DNA of 64,000 nt from Armatimonadota bacterium (lineage in GTDB: Bacteria > Armatimonadota > UBA5829 > DTJY01), in assembly GCA_025358205.1 (NCBI GenBank), contig JANYKG010000119.1, forward strand, positions 14,233 to 78,232. Direction: 5' to 3'. Shown here piece after piece: positions 27,582-36,007 of the stretch (within the stretch, counting starts at the first letter, position 1; the number at the start of each line of letters is the position of its first letter). Position numbers and translations under genes: made by a program. The notes under the pieces are model-generated. The model had not been told where the DNA came from. It worked only from the letters and a program-made list of their open reading frames with translations, and did not search any database.

Positions 27582-28484
27582 GTGGAATCAAGTGCCAAAA
27601 CCGCCGTCGTGTACTCGTATGCGAAGATAAATCTCACGCTGGATGTACTCGGAATCAGGCCGGACGGTTATCATGCCATCGAGAGCGTGATGCAGACCGT
27701 TGGCCTGCACGACACGCTGACCTTAACCCCTAGGGATGATCCCGGCATAAACATCATCTGCAGCACACCGGGGATACCGACCGACGAGCGGAACCTGGCG
27801 CACAAGGCAGCGTCTTTGATGCTTGCCAAATGCGGTGTTGGGATTGGGTTGGATATCCATATGGAAAAACGAACACCCAGCGAGGCCGGTCTGGGCGGTG
27901 GAAGCAGCAATGCGGCGGCCGTTCTGACAGGGCTGCACAAGCTCCTGGATTTGGTGGTCGGCCCGGATGAGATGCTCGGCATTGCAGCGCAGATCGGTTC
28001 AGATGTGCCGTTCTTTCTGGCTGGTGGAACCGCGCTGGTACGGGGGCGCGGCGAAGAAGCGCTGCCGCTGCCGGACATGCCCGAGGCGTGGATTGCCATA
28101 TTGAAGCCGTCGTTCGGCGTCTCCACACCGTGGGCCTACAAACGGTTGGATGAGATGCGAACCATCGCCCGTGAACGTTCTGACGCGTCGAAGCGTATGA
28201 CAAAGTGCATACGCGCGGGCGAATGGGACTGCATACCGGAGCTGTTGAGCAACGACCTAGAACTACCGGCGCTGGAACGTCACCCGCAGATCGGGCGACT
28301 CAAGAACGAGCTTCTCAATGCCGGAGCGAGCGCGGCGCTGATGTGCGGAAGCGGCTCTGCGGTGTTCGGTTTGTTCGACAGTGAGAGTCAGGCGCAGGCA
28401 GCAGCGAAGTCCCTGGCCAAATCTGATATACAGACGTTCGTGGTGAGGACTATTTCCAGTCGGGAGAGACCGAAAAATGGCTGA
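27582..28484 (+). CDS. ispE: 4-diphosphocytidyl-2-C-methyl-D-erythritol kinase
   Basis: AKINLTLDVLG...GYH...GHSM-kinase motifs (PSEAGLGGGSSNAAAVL). Conserved ksgA-ispE synteny. Confidence 0.9.
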   Translation: MESSAKTAVVYSYAKINLTLDVLGIRPDGYHAIESVMQTVGLHDTLTLTPRDDPGINIICSTPGIPTDERNLAHKAASLMLAKCGVGIGLDIHMEKRTPSEAGLGGGSSNAAAVLTGLHKLLDLVVGPDEMLGIAAQIGSDVPFFLAGGTALVRGRGEEALPLPDMPEAWIAILKPSFGVSTPWAYKRLDEMRTIARERSDASKRMTKCIRAGEWDCIPELLSNDLELPALERHPQIGRLKNELLNAGASAALMCGSGSAVFGLFDSESQAQAAAKSLAKSDIQTFVVRTISSRERPKNG

Positions 28485-29262
28485 TCAGAAGAACGGAATC
28501 CCGGCAGTGGTACTCGCGGGTGCGCTTGCCGAGCCTGAGATGAAGGCGAAGTACGGCATAGAAAACCGCGCCGAGTTACCCATCGGCGGCAAGTCCATGA
28601 TTCAGCACGTGCTGGACGCGCTTCTTGCATCGCCAAGCGTGGGCGGCATCACGGTGGTCGGCGAGGTGGCATGCGAAGGCGCGGAGAGAATCATTCCGTC
28701 TGCGGGCAGCCTGGTAGACAACCTCCTGGCGGGGGTTCAGGCTTGCGGCAAAGAAGGCGGCATGGCGCTGATGGTGACATCCGATATCCCGATGCTGTCA
28801 TCAGAAGCCCTGGAGGATTTCATCGCCAAGTGCGGCGAGACCGAGGCGGATTTTTACTACGCAATCATATCCAAGGAGACGAATGACGTAAGGTTTCCCG
28901 GCATGGAACGAACCTACTGCAAGCTGGCGGAAGGCACGTACACCGGCGGAAACGTCATGCTGCTGAACTCACGGGTGATAGTGGAGAACGCCGGGCTGAT
29001 AACCGACTTGATGGCCGCAAGGAAGAAACCTCTCAAACTTGCTGGTATAATAGGAATGCGGTTCCTGGTTCGGGCGGTGCTTGCGCAGACCGTGTGGCCG
29101 GGCGCCCTGAAGATATCGTTCGCGGAGCAGACTGTGGGGCGAATAGTACATGCGAGGCTGAAGGCGGTTCCGACAACTTACGCCGAGATTGGGGCCGATG
29201 TGGACAAGATGGAGCACGTGGAGTTCGCAGAAGCGGCGATGGGGATGACCCGTGATAAGTGA
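28477..29262 (+). CDS. nucleotidyltransferase-fold protein (NTP_transferase superfamily, divergent Gly-rich loop)
   Basis: 261 aa. AVVLAG...ELPIGGKSMIQHVLD resembles sugar/cofactor nucleotidyltransferases but lacks the canonical GxGxR. Overlaps the ispE stop by 8 nt. Its stop TGA is embedded in a GTGATGAGTGA element. Confidence 0.45.
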   Translation: MADQKNGIPAVVLAGALAEPEMKAKYGIENRAELPIGGKSMIQHVLDALLASPSVGGITVVGEVACEGAERIIPSAGSLVDNLLAGVQACGKEGGMALMVTSDIPMLSSEALEDFIAKCGETEADFYYAIISKETNDVRFPGMERTYCKLAEGTYTGGNVMLLNSRVIVENAGLITDLMAARKKPLKLAGIIGMRFLVRAVLAQTVWPGALKISFAEQTVGRIVHARLKAVPTTYAEIGADVDKMEHVEFAEAAMGMTRDK

Positions 29263-29330
29263 TGAGTGAACAGCCCCGGGTGATCAGAGATGGCCTCGGA
29301 AGACAGTTCACGTATCACTCATCACTCATC
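29259..29330. repeat. inverted pair of GTGATGAGTGAAC elements forming a long hairpin at the 3' end of the NTP-transferase gene
   Basis: Left arm gtgatgagtgaacag, right arm cagttcacgtatcactcatcac. The stop codon TGA is part of the left arm. Confidence 0.75.
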
Positions 29331-29353
29331 AGAGAAGGTGACCTGAAATAGCA

Positions 29354-31249
29354 ATTCTGGAATCAATAACCAGTCCTGCTGATCTCAAGAAGCTCTCATC
29401 GGAGCAGTTGAGAGCGCTCGCGGTGGAAATTCGCGAGGAGGTCATTGAGCAGGTCTCCAAACTGGGAGGGCACCTCGCGTCGAACCTTGGCGTGGTGGAG
29501 CTAACGCTTGCCTTGTACACCGCCTATGACCTGCCTGCTGATACCGTCATCTGGGACGTCGGCCACCAGTGCTACACCCACAAGCTGCTCACCGGCAGAT
29601 ACGGCAGCTTCGATACGCTTCGGCAGTTCGGCGGGATCAGCGGGTTCCCCAAACGCGATGAAAACCCCTACGACCGCTTTGGCGCGGGCCATGCCAGCAC
29701 GTCCATATCGGCGGCGCTGGGTTTCGCAAAAGCTCGCGATCTGAAGGGCGGCTCGGAGCACGTGGTGGCGGTGATAGGTGACGGCGCACTTACCGGCGGC
29801 ATGGCATGGGAGGCGCTGAACAACGCCGGTCATCTGAGGACTAACCTCATGGTGGTGCTGAACGACAACGAGATGTCCATCTCAAAGAACGTCGGAGCCA
29901 TGAGCACCCACCTCAGCAAACTCCGCATGCAGCCGCTTTACAGGAAAGTTGAGCATAAAGCCAAGGATGTGATATCCAACCTGCCGATGGGCGAGGCTAT
30001 TTCACGAACCGCAGAGGGTCTGCTCCACGGCGTAACACACCTCATGGCCGCGCAGACCGGTATCATATTCGAGGAACTGGGCTTTAAGTATTTCGGACCG
30101 ATTGACGGCCACGACACGGACCTGCTGATCGAGGTGTTTCGGAATCTGCGGACTTTTGAAGGCCCGGTGCTGGTGCATGTGCTGACGAAAAAGGGCAAGG
30201 GCTACGAGCACGCGGAGAAGAATGCTCGGCTGTTCCACGGCGTATCGGCGTTCCAAGTGGAGAACGGCGCGGCGCGGAAGATATCCGGTGGCAAGAGCTT
30301 CACCGATGTCTTCTCGGAAGCCGTCATCGAGTTGGCCGAACAAGACGACCGCGTCGTAGCCATCACTGCGGCCATGCCCGACGGGACCGGTCTGCAGCGC
30401 TTTGCCGAGAAATTCCCGACCCGGTTCTTTGACGTCGGCATCGCGGAACAGCACGCGGTGACCTTTGCAGCGGGGCTGGCGGCCGGTGGATTGCGTCCGG
30501 TGTTTGCGGTCTACTCCACATTCCTGCAGCGCGCTTACGATCAGATTGTCCATGATGTCTGCCTCCAGAATCTGCCGATTGTTTTTGCTATAGACCGCGC
30601 GGGGCTGGTGGGCGATGACGGCCCTACTCACCACGGCGCTTTCGACCTCTCCTTCCTTCGGCACGTGCCGAACATGGTGGTTGCCGCCCCCTCCGACGCG
30701 CGCGAGCTTAAGGAAATGCTGGCGCTGGCGCTAACCCACGATGGCCCGTTCGCTATACGATACCCTCGCGGGTTGTGCCCAGACTCGACGACCGGCTCAG
30801 TTGCGCCCGTGGTAATCGGCAAGTCAGAGGTTCTTGTGGACGGCGACGATGTGTGTGTAATAGCGATCGGCTCGGCTGTGGGCATCGCGGTCGAGGCAGT
30901 GGATTTGCTGCGCGCACAGGGAATCTCCGCGGCGCTAATCAATGCGCGTTTCGTGAAACCGCTGGACGAGGAGACCATTCTCTTATACGCTAAGCGCACT
31001 AGGCGTGTAGTGGTGGTTGAGGAAAACTCCGTGCAGGGCGGATTCGGAAGCGCAGTGGCGGAGCTTCTGTCGGAAGAGCGTCTTTCCGACGTTGCGATCA
31101 GGCAGATCGGGCTGCCTGATGAGTTTGTGGGCCAGGGCGCTCAGATGCTCCTCCGCCAGTTCCACGGTCTCACCCCGGAACACATTGCGAGGACTGCTGC
31201 CGAGATGGTGGTGCAAGTTTCCTCACAAGGCGCAGGACGAGACGATTAG
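29354..31249 (+). CDS. dxs: 1-deoxy-D-xylulose-5-phosphate synthase
   Basis: [16 protein letters not shown]...[17 protein letters not shown] and TPP-binding GDG motifs. The conserved N-terminal block [14 protein letters not shown] lies upstream of the TTG at 29408. There is no ATG or GTG between the in-frame stop at 29339 and 29408, so the start was placed at ATT 29354; this is uncertain. Confidence 0.85.
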   Translation: MLESITSPADLKKLSSEQLRALAVEIREEVIEQVSKLGGHLASNLGVVELTLALYTAYDLPADTVIWDVGHQCYTHKLLTGRYGSFDTLRQFGGISGFPKRDENPYDRFGAGHASTSISAALGFAKARDLKGGSEHVVAVIGDGALTGGMAWEALNNAGHLRTNLMVVLNDNEMSISKNVGAMSTHLSKLRMQPLYRKVEHKAKDVISNLPMGEAISRTAEGLLHGVTHLMAAQTGIIFEELGFKYFGPIDGHDTDLLIEVFRNLRTFEGPVLVHVLTKKGKGYEHAEKNARLFHGVSAFQVENGAARKISGGKSFTDVFSEAVIELAEQDDRVVAITAAMPDGTGLQRFAEKFPTRFFDVGIAEQHAVTFAAGLAAGGLRPVFAVYSTFLQRAYDQIVHDVCLQNLPIVFAIDRAGLVGDDGPTHHGAFDLSFLRHVPNMVVAAPSDARELKEMLALALTHDGPFAIRYPRGLCPDSTTGSVAPVVIGKSEVLVDGDDVCVIAIGSAVGIAVEAVDLLRAQGISAALINARFVKPLDEETILLYAKRTRRVVVVEENSVQGGFGSAVAELLSEERLSDVAIRQIGLPDEFVGQGAQMLLRQFHGLTPEHIARTAAEMVVQVSSQGAGRDD

Positions 31250-31460
31250 GGAGCCGTCTCAACCGCTCAACTTCCCTTCAGCTAGACCCAACTGCACACG
31301 GGATCTCATGTGATGAGACGATCATTTCGCACAAAACGGCCAGCCTGCTAAACGGGTCACCAACTTTCTTTGGCGAATTTTGTAGAAATGATCCGAATGG
31401 CACGATTCTTGCAGGTATTATTACCAGAAAGAAACATTCTTTCTCCTTCCATACCTTGAG

Positions 31461-31491
31461 CCCATTGCAACACGCAGTGGGCCATTTTTTT
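31461..31491 (+). terminator. intrinsic terminator-like hairpin (CCCATTGC-AACAC-GCAGTGGG) followed by a T7 run
   Basis: Read directly. Downstream of dxs (stop 31249). Confidence 0.5.
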
Positions 31492-31613
31492 GCGCTAGAC
31501 TGAAGGTGAAAACAAGTTTTTTCTCGCAATGCGCGGAAAAACGGGGCGAATGGCATGATTCTTGCAGGTATTATTACCAGAAAGAAACATTCTTTCTCCT
31601 TCCATACCTTGAG

Positions 31614-31644
31614 CCCGCTGCAACACGCAGTGGGCCATTTTTTT
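31614..31644 (+). terminator. second copy of the terminator-like hairpin plus T7
   Basis: Stem CCCGCTGC/GCAGTGGG with one mismatch, then TTTTTTT. Confidence 0.45.
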
Positions 31645-31685
31645 GGCAGGAAGGCTTGCTTCTGCGGTGCCACCTACGGGGTAAC

Positions 31686-32879
31686 TTAGTCGGAGAACCT
31701 GATCCTCAGATTGCCGTTTATCACTTTCAGCATGATATTGGCGCCTCCCGTCCCGAACTCCAGATGGATGTGCTCCTCGGACGGATGGTCGGACTGCACG
31801 CCGGTCAGGTTTTCGATGTGGCCGGAAGTTACGGAGGCGTCCACCAACGCGGACGAACTTCTGGGGAGCGAAAGAGTCAGGTCTTTTCCGGTAGTCTCTA
31901 CTGAGAGCGCCCCGCCTTTTGCCGACGAAAGGGTTACATTCACTTCTCCGTTCAGCGCCTTGACCGCATGCGTACCGGAGACCAGTGGCAATCCGTCAAT
32001 GGTCACAGGGGCGCCCGTGGAGACTACGCTCAGCTTTGCCGGGAGGGAGGTCGGATTTGAACTGAATGTGACCAGTAGCGATCCCTCGGTCGGTTCAAGC
32101 AATACCGGGACAGCGCACGGCAGCGATAGGTCTGCGACAGCCAGCTTCGGAGTGAGTGTTAACACCAGTCGGTCATCCACTCTCGTCAACTCCCCGGTGT
32201 CGTTTATGCCGTCCACCACGCTAAGTTTGGCGGTATTTCTGCCCACCAGCCGGGCGTTGATATCAGATCTGGTGGACTTGATGTCCAGCGATTGGGATGG
32301 CGGTACGGATATCGGCTGATCTGCAGGAATCCTCAGCGAACCGCTTGCTGCAGGAGTGGGCGCTTCCGGCGTCGCCCCCGCTACCACTCGCTGGAAGAGA
32401 CCTGGCAGCCTGACCGCAGGGTTAGACATTTTGGCTGGATCCAGCGCGCCGAAAATGCGCACAATGGTAGCCTGGCGATTAGCCTTACCGGGCGGATCGA
32501 TCTGAATGATCAGCATACCGTTCTTCTCGTTATATAGTATAGCCGCTCCGCTCTTGTCCTCAAGACTACGAACGACAGTTTTCCAGCTTTGCGCGGCTAT
32601 GTATTTGTCGTAGAAGCCGAGTATGTCGGCGGAGCTTGTCTTCGTATCTATGGAATACATGTTTGCACTGATCTGCTTCAGATCAGCGATGCCAAGCCAT
32701 TGTCCGTATTCGTGAGCCAGCGTGTCGAGTATGGCTCCCTCCGGCAGGTTGATCTCAGTGACAAGTTTGGATTCGAGCGGTACGGGGACGTCCATCTGCA
32801 GAAGCTCAGCCGCTCCGCACGCGCACGCAAGCAACGCAACAACAATGCACGCCAAGATAACGCCAATGCTTACCTTCAT
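31686..32879 (-). CDS. secreted DUF4097-like (putative adhesin / beta-helix) protein of the ECF module
   Basis: Signal peptide. The C-terminal repetitive beta-strand region is typical of YvlB/DUF4097 proteins found downstream of sigma/anti-sigma pairs. Confidence 0.5.
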   Translation of the reverse strand: MKVSIGVILACIVVALLACACGAAELLQMDVPVPLESKLVTEINLPEGAILDTLAHEYGQWLGIADLKQISANMYSIDTKTSSADILGFYDKYIAAQSWKTVVRSLEDKSGAAILYNEKNGMLIIQIDPPGKANRQATIVRIFGALDPAKMSNPAVRLPGLFQRVVAGATPEAPTPAASGSLRIPADQPISVPPSQSLDIKSTRSDINARLVGRNTAKLSVVDGINDTGELTRVDDRLVLTLTPKLAVADLSLPCAVPVLLEPTEGSLLVTFSSNPTSLPAKLSVVSTGAPVTIDGLPLVSGTHAVKALNGEVNVTLSSAKGGALSVETTGKDLTLSLPRSSSALVDASVTSGHIENLTGVQSDHPSEEHIHLEFGTGGANIMLKVINGNLRIRFSD

Positions 32880-33655
32880 GGTTGATTCACTCCATTCACG
32901 TCCGTGTCTGTTCCGGCAGGCAGCGGCGGCTTTGATGTCAGCAGATCAACCGCCTCCTGCAGTTTGCCTCGAAGCTTCTCCACATTCTCGTTCATGGCCA
33001 GTCCGGCCTCACCGATGTTGTCCTTCACGCGCTCTTCGCTGCCGATTGCGGAGTCCATCGTTCCGGGTATGCTCGCAGGTGGCGCTGCGATAGTCAACTC
33101 ACCAACGCCAGGAACAACCGGCGTCTTGGTGGGGGCCGGAGCGGGTTTCATCGCTACCATTGAGGTATGCTTGTGTACCCGCCTGATGTGCCGCACAACG
33201 GGTTGCACGTCAGCGTTGGCTACAATCTTCGGCTCCACAACCGGTTGAACCTGCTTCACGGGTTGCGTCACTTTGGCCGTGATCGGGGCTTGCAGAGGGA
33301 CGCTCTCCGGGACTCGACCCTGATTGACTATCAGCATAACCGCCACCACGGCAACAGCCGCCATACCGGTGAGCGCGGTGCCAAAGTATCCAGATCTCTT
33401 GCGCACCGGTCGGCCCACTTGAGGGCTGCTCGCGACCAGATCCTGCAGTTTGTACGCGAACCTCTGTGCCAGCAGTTCGGACGGCTCTTCGTCGCCCCAA
33501 GCTGCCATAACGCCTCTCAGCGATGACACGGAGGCTTTCTCCTTCGCGCATGCCTCGCACTTGCCGAGGTGCAGTGTCAGAGCCAGTTCCTCGCGCGGCG
33601 TCAGTTCGCCGTCGAGTTCTGCGGATATCAAGATTTTCGCTTTGTTACATTTCAT
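32876..33655 (-). CDS. zf-HC2 anti-sigma factor, single TM
   Basis: N-terminus MKCNKAKILISAELDGEL...HLGKCEACAKE is the zf-HC2 motif. One TM helix. Its 4-nt overlap is with the start of the downstream DUF4097 gene (31686-32879); a 36-nt gap separates it from the upstream sigma factor gene. Confidence 0.7.
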   Translation of the reverse strand: MKCNKAKILISAELDGELTPREELALTLHLGKCEACAKEKASVSSLRGVMAAWGDEEPSELLAQRFAYKLQDLVASSPQVGRPVRKRSGYFGTALTGMAAVAVVAVMLIVNQGRVPESVPLQAPITAKVTQPVKQVQPVVEPKIVANADVQPVVRHIRRVHKHTSMVAMKPAPAPTKTPVVPGVGELTIAAPPASIPGTMDSAIGSEERVKDNIGEAGLAMNENVEKLRGKLQEAVDLLTSKPPLPAGTDTDVNGVNQP

Positions 33656-33691
33656 GGTCTTACCGCCTAAATCACGTACCGGCCGTTCATT

Positions 33692-34288
33692 CTACGGGGC
33701 CAGGTACTTCAGTCTTTCTCTCAGTTTCTGTCTGGCCCGAAATATCAACACCTTCACGCTGCCTATCGGGCAGCCCAGCGTTTCTGCAATCTCTTTGTAT
33801 TCCATCCCCTGATACTCTCGCAGCATTATGGCCGTGCGCTCCTTGTCCGGGAGCGACTTGATGGCCACCTGCAGTTCCTCGCGCAACTCCATGCGCAGAA
33901 GATGCTCCTCCACCGGCGATTCCAGTGAAGCGGGCGGCAGTTCCACCTGATCTTCTTCAGAGAAGGTTTCCGCCATATCCGCTACGGGCATCTCAGGCCT
34001 GCGAGCTGCGTGCCTCAGATGATCCCTGCACTGGTTCCCGGCCACCGAGTACAGCCAGGTTGTGAACTTCGCGTTCGACCCGTTGAACGTGTGCCCGAAC
34101 CTGCACAGCTTGATGAACGTCTCCTGCACCAGGTCTTCTGCGATCTCACGGCGTCCCACCATGCGATAGAAGAAGTTGAAGAGCGGCTTCTGGAACCGGC
34201 CAAAAAGCTCTTCCATGGCGCCGGTATCACCGGCTTGGAATCGCGTCATCAGCTCTTCGTCTGTCTCGCGTATGGTATTCGACGCCAT
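33692..34288 (-). CDS. ECF RNA polymerase sigma factor
   Basis: Region 2 (LVQETFIKLCRF...TWLYSVAGNQCRDHLR) and region 4 (LREYQGMEYKEIAETLGCPIGSVKVLIFRARQKLRE). The start is one of the clustered Met codons at 34288-34297. Confidence 0.8.
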   Translation of the reverse strand: MASNTIRETDEELMTRFQAGDTGAMEELFGRFQKPLFNFFYRMVGRREIAEDLVQETFIKLCRFGHTFNGSNAKFTTWLYSVAGNQCRDHLRHAARRPEMPVADMAETFSEEDQVELPPASLESPVEEHLLRMELREELQVAIKSLPDKERTAIMLREYQGMEYKEIAETLGCPIGSVKVLIFRARQKLRERLKYLAP

Positions 34289-34547
34289 TTGCATCATAGG
34301 TGTATACGTCCGAGTGTGTCGAAAGTTAACAAGATCAGGCACAAATACAGGCTTATTCCCACGTTTCTTTGTGCTAGCAGTTGTCTGATAAAGTCCATTG
34401 GGACGATCGCGCAGGACTTTTGGCGTCAGGCTAGGCGAGACGCGCAGGCCATATACGCACAGATATGGACAAGCGGCTCAACAACGCATGGCGCCAAAAG
34501 GACAATCGAGCACCCGAGACGACTTTATCCGGCGGCTGCTAGACCGC

Positions 34548-34572
34548 ATTATTCACGAACAACGTGAATAAT
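34548..34572. promoter_or_regulatory. perfect 10-bp inverted repeat ATTATTCACG-aacaa-CGTGAATAAT (candidate operator) within a nest of related palindromes
   Basis: Read directly. Followed by TGAATAAT...ATTATTCA and ATGGATT...AATCCAT inverted repeats through about 34620. Lies in the divergent region between the ECF sigma and glcF-like genes. Confidence 0.45.
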
Positions 34573-34743
34573 ACTCTGAAGGCTATGGATTATTCAGTTC
34601 ATGAACAATCCATGCTAGCAACAGTTTACGCGAAATGCGCACTCCAGTCCAGTGCCGGCCCAATCGGGTATTAGGGAGGTTTTCGGGGTGCGTTGACCGA
34701 ACAAGGAATGATATGGCTTTCTCGTTGGTCACGAAAGTACAAT

Positions 34744-36006
34744 ATGCTGGATAAACTCGAACAGATAACCATTAGCTGCATGAAGTGCGGCAACTGCAAG
34801 TCCGTCTGCCCCACTTTCCGAGAACTGGGTGACGAAGGCATCTCGCCGCGTGGTCGCGTACGCCTGATTCGCGGGATCGCCTCCGGTGAGGTGGAGCTTT
34901 CTGCGCGGTACAAGGAACTGGTGGGGACATGCTTGAACTGCCGGGCGTGTGCGGACGAGTGCCCCAGCGGCATAGAGCCGAATGCAGCGGTGCTTCAGGC
35001 CAGGCAGCACATGGTGTTGGAAAAAGGTCTGCCCGCCGTGAAGCGCGCTATCTTTCGCGGGGCCATGCGCGGTCGTCGGCTTTTCCCGGCCAGTTCCAAA
35101 CTGCTGGGCCTGCTGCAGCGCGCCAGCATGATAGGCAAACCGGGCAATCCGCTGCGCAAAGCGTTCCCCTGGGTGGGTCTGCCGCAGGACAAGAATATCC
35201 CCTACTTCGCGCTGAAGAGCGTACTCGACCGATTCCCAGAAGTGATGCCGGTGGAGAACAGAAAATTCCGCGTTGCGTACTTCGTGGGCTGCGGCGCGAA
35301 CCTGATCTCCCCGGAGATTGGCAACGCGGTTGTCGGCCTGCTAAACCACTACGGCGTTGAGGTGGTGATACCGCACAAGCAAATGTGCTGCGGCACCCCG
35401 ATCTTCAACTCCGGCGATTTCGAGGGCGCGGCATACTTCGCCCGCCGAAACATCAGCGCATTCGGCAGACTGGATGTGGACGCGATCATCACGGCGTGCG
35501 GCTCTTGCGGACTCTCGCTCAAACACGAGTGGAAAGACCTGCTTGGGCTGGACGTGCCGGACAACATCGCCAACAAGGTTGTTGATATATCCGAGTTTCT
35601 GGTGGACTGGCTGGGCATAACGGAACTGGGAGCGCCCGGTGACAAGCCTTACTCGGTCACGTACCACGATCCATGCCACCTTGCGAGGGGGATGGGCGTG
35701 CGAACCCAGCCCAGGAAGCTGCTGACCTCGGCGGCGGGCGGCGGGTACACCGAGATGAAGGAAGCGGACTGGTGCTGCGGAGGCGCGGGGGCATACAGCG
35801 TTTACTATCCTGATATGTCGCGCAGAATAGGAAATACCAAGGCCGAAAACGCGGCAGCGTCCGGCGCGGACGTGGTGGCCACCGGATGCCCTGTGTGCAT
35901 CATCCAACTTAGAGAGATGCTTGAGAGGGCGGGATCGGCGCAGAAAGTGTCTCACACCGCATGCCTGCTGTGGGACGCGGTACACGGCAAACCGGCGGGA
36001 GGTTGA
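34744..36006 (+). CDS. Fe-S oxidoreductase, GlcF/GlpC family (two 4Fe-4S ferredoxin motifs plus two CCG domains)
   Basis: CMKCGNCKSVCP and CLNCRACADECP, plus CCGTP...G and CCGGAGAY. Start chosen at MLDKLEQ. Confidence 0.75.
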   Translation: MLDKLEQITISCMKCGNCKSVCPTFRELGDEGISPRGRVRLIRGIASGEVELSARYKELVGTCLNCRACADECPSGIEPNAAVLQARQHMVLEKGLPAVKRAIFRGAMRGRRLFPASSKLLGLLQRASMIGKPGNPLRKAFPWVGLPQDKNIPYFALKSVLDRFPEVMPVENRKFRVAYFVGCGANLISPEIGNAVVGLLNHYGVEVVIPHKQMCCGTPIFNSGDFEGAAYFARRNISAFGRLDVDAIITACGSCGLSLKHEWKDLLGLDVPDNIANKVVDISEFLVDWLGITELGAPGDKPYSVTYHDPCHLARGMGVRTQPRKLLTSAAGGGYTEMKEADWCCGGAGAYSVYYPDMSRRIGNTKAENAAASGADVVATGCPVCIIQLREMLERAGSAQKVSHTACLLWDAVHGKPAGG

Positions 36007-36007
36007 C

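Larger units (their letters stand above)
31394..31644. repeat. tandem duplication of a 98-bp element (copies 31394-31491 and 31547-31644, period 153 bp)
   Basis: The two copies differ at about 4 positions. Each ends in a hairpin plus a T7 run on the plus strand. Confidence 0.85.

Noticed and set aside
31278-31673. 131-aa track ORF spanning the duplicated 98-bp element
   Set aside because: Its internal protein repeat simply mirrors the 153-bp DNA duplication. It has a GTG start, no RBS and an odd WPTACC composition, so it is more likely an artefact. The strand and structure evidence favours a terminator/sRNA or micro-ORF reading.
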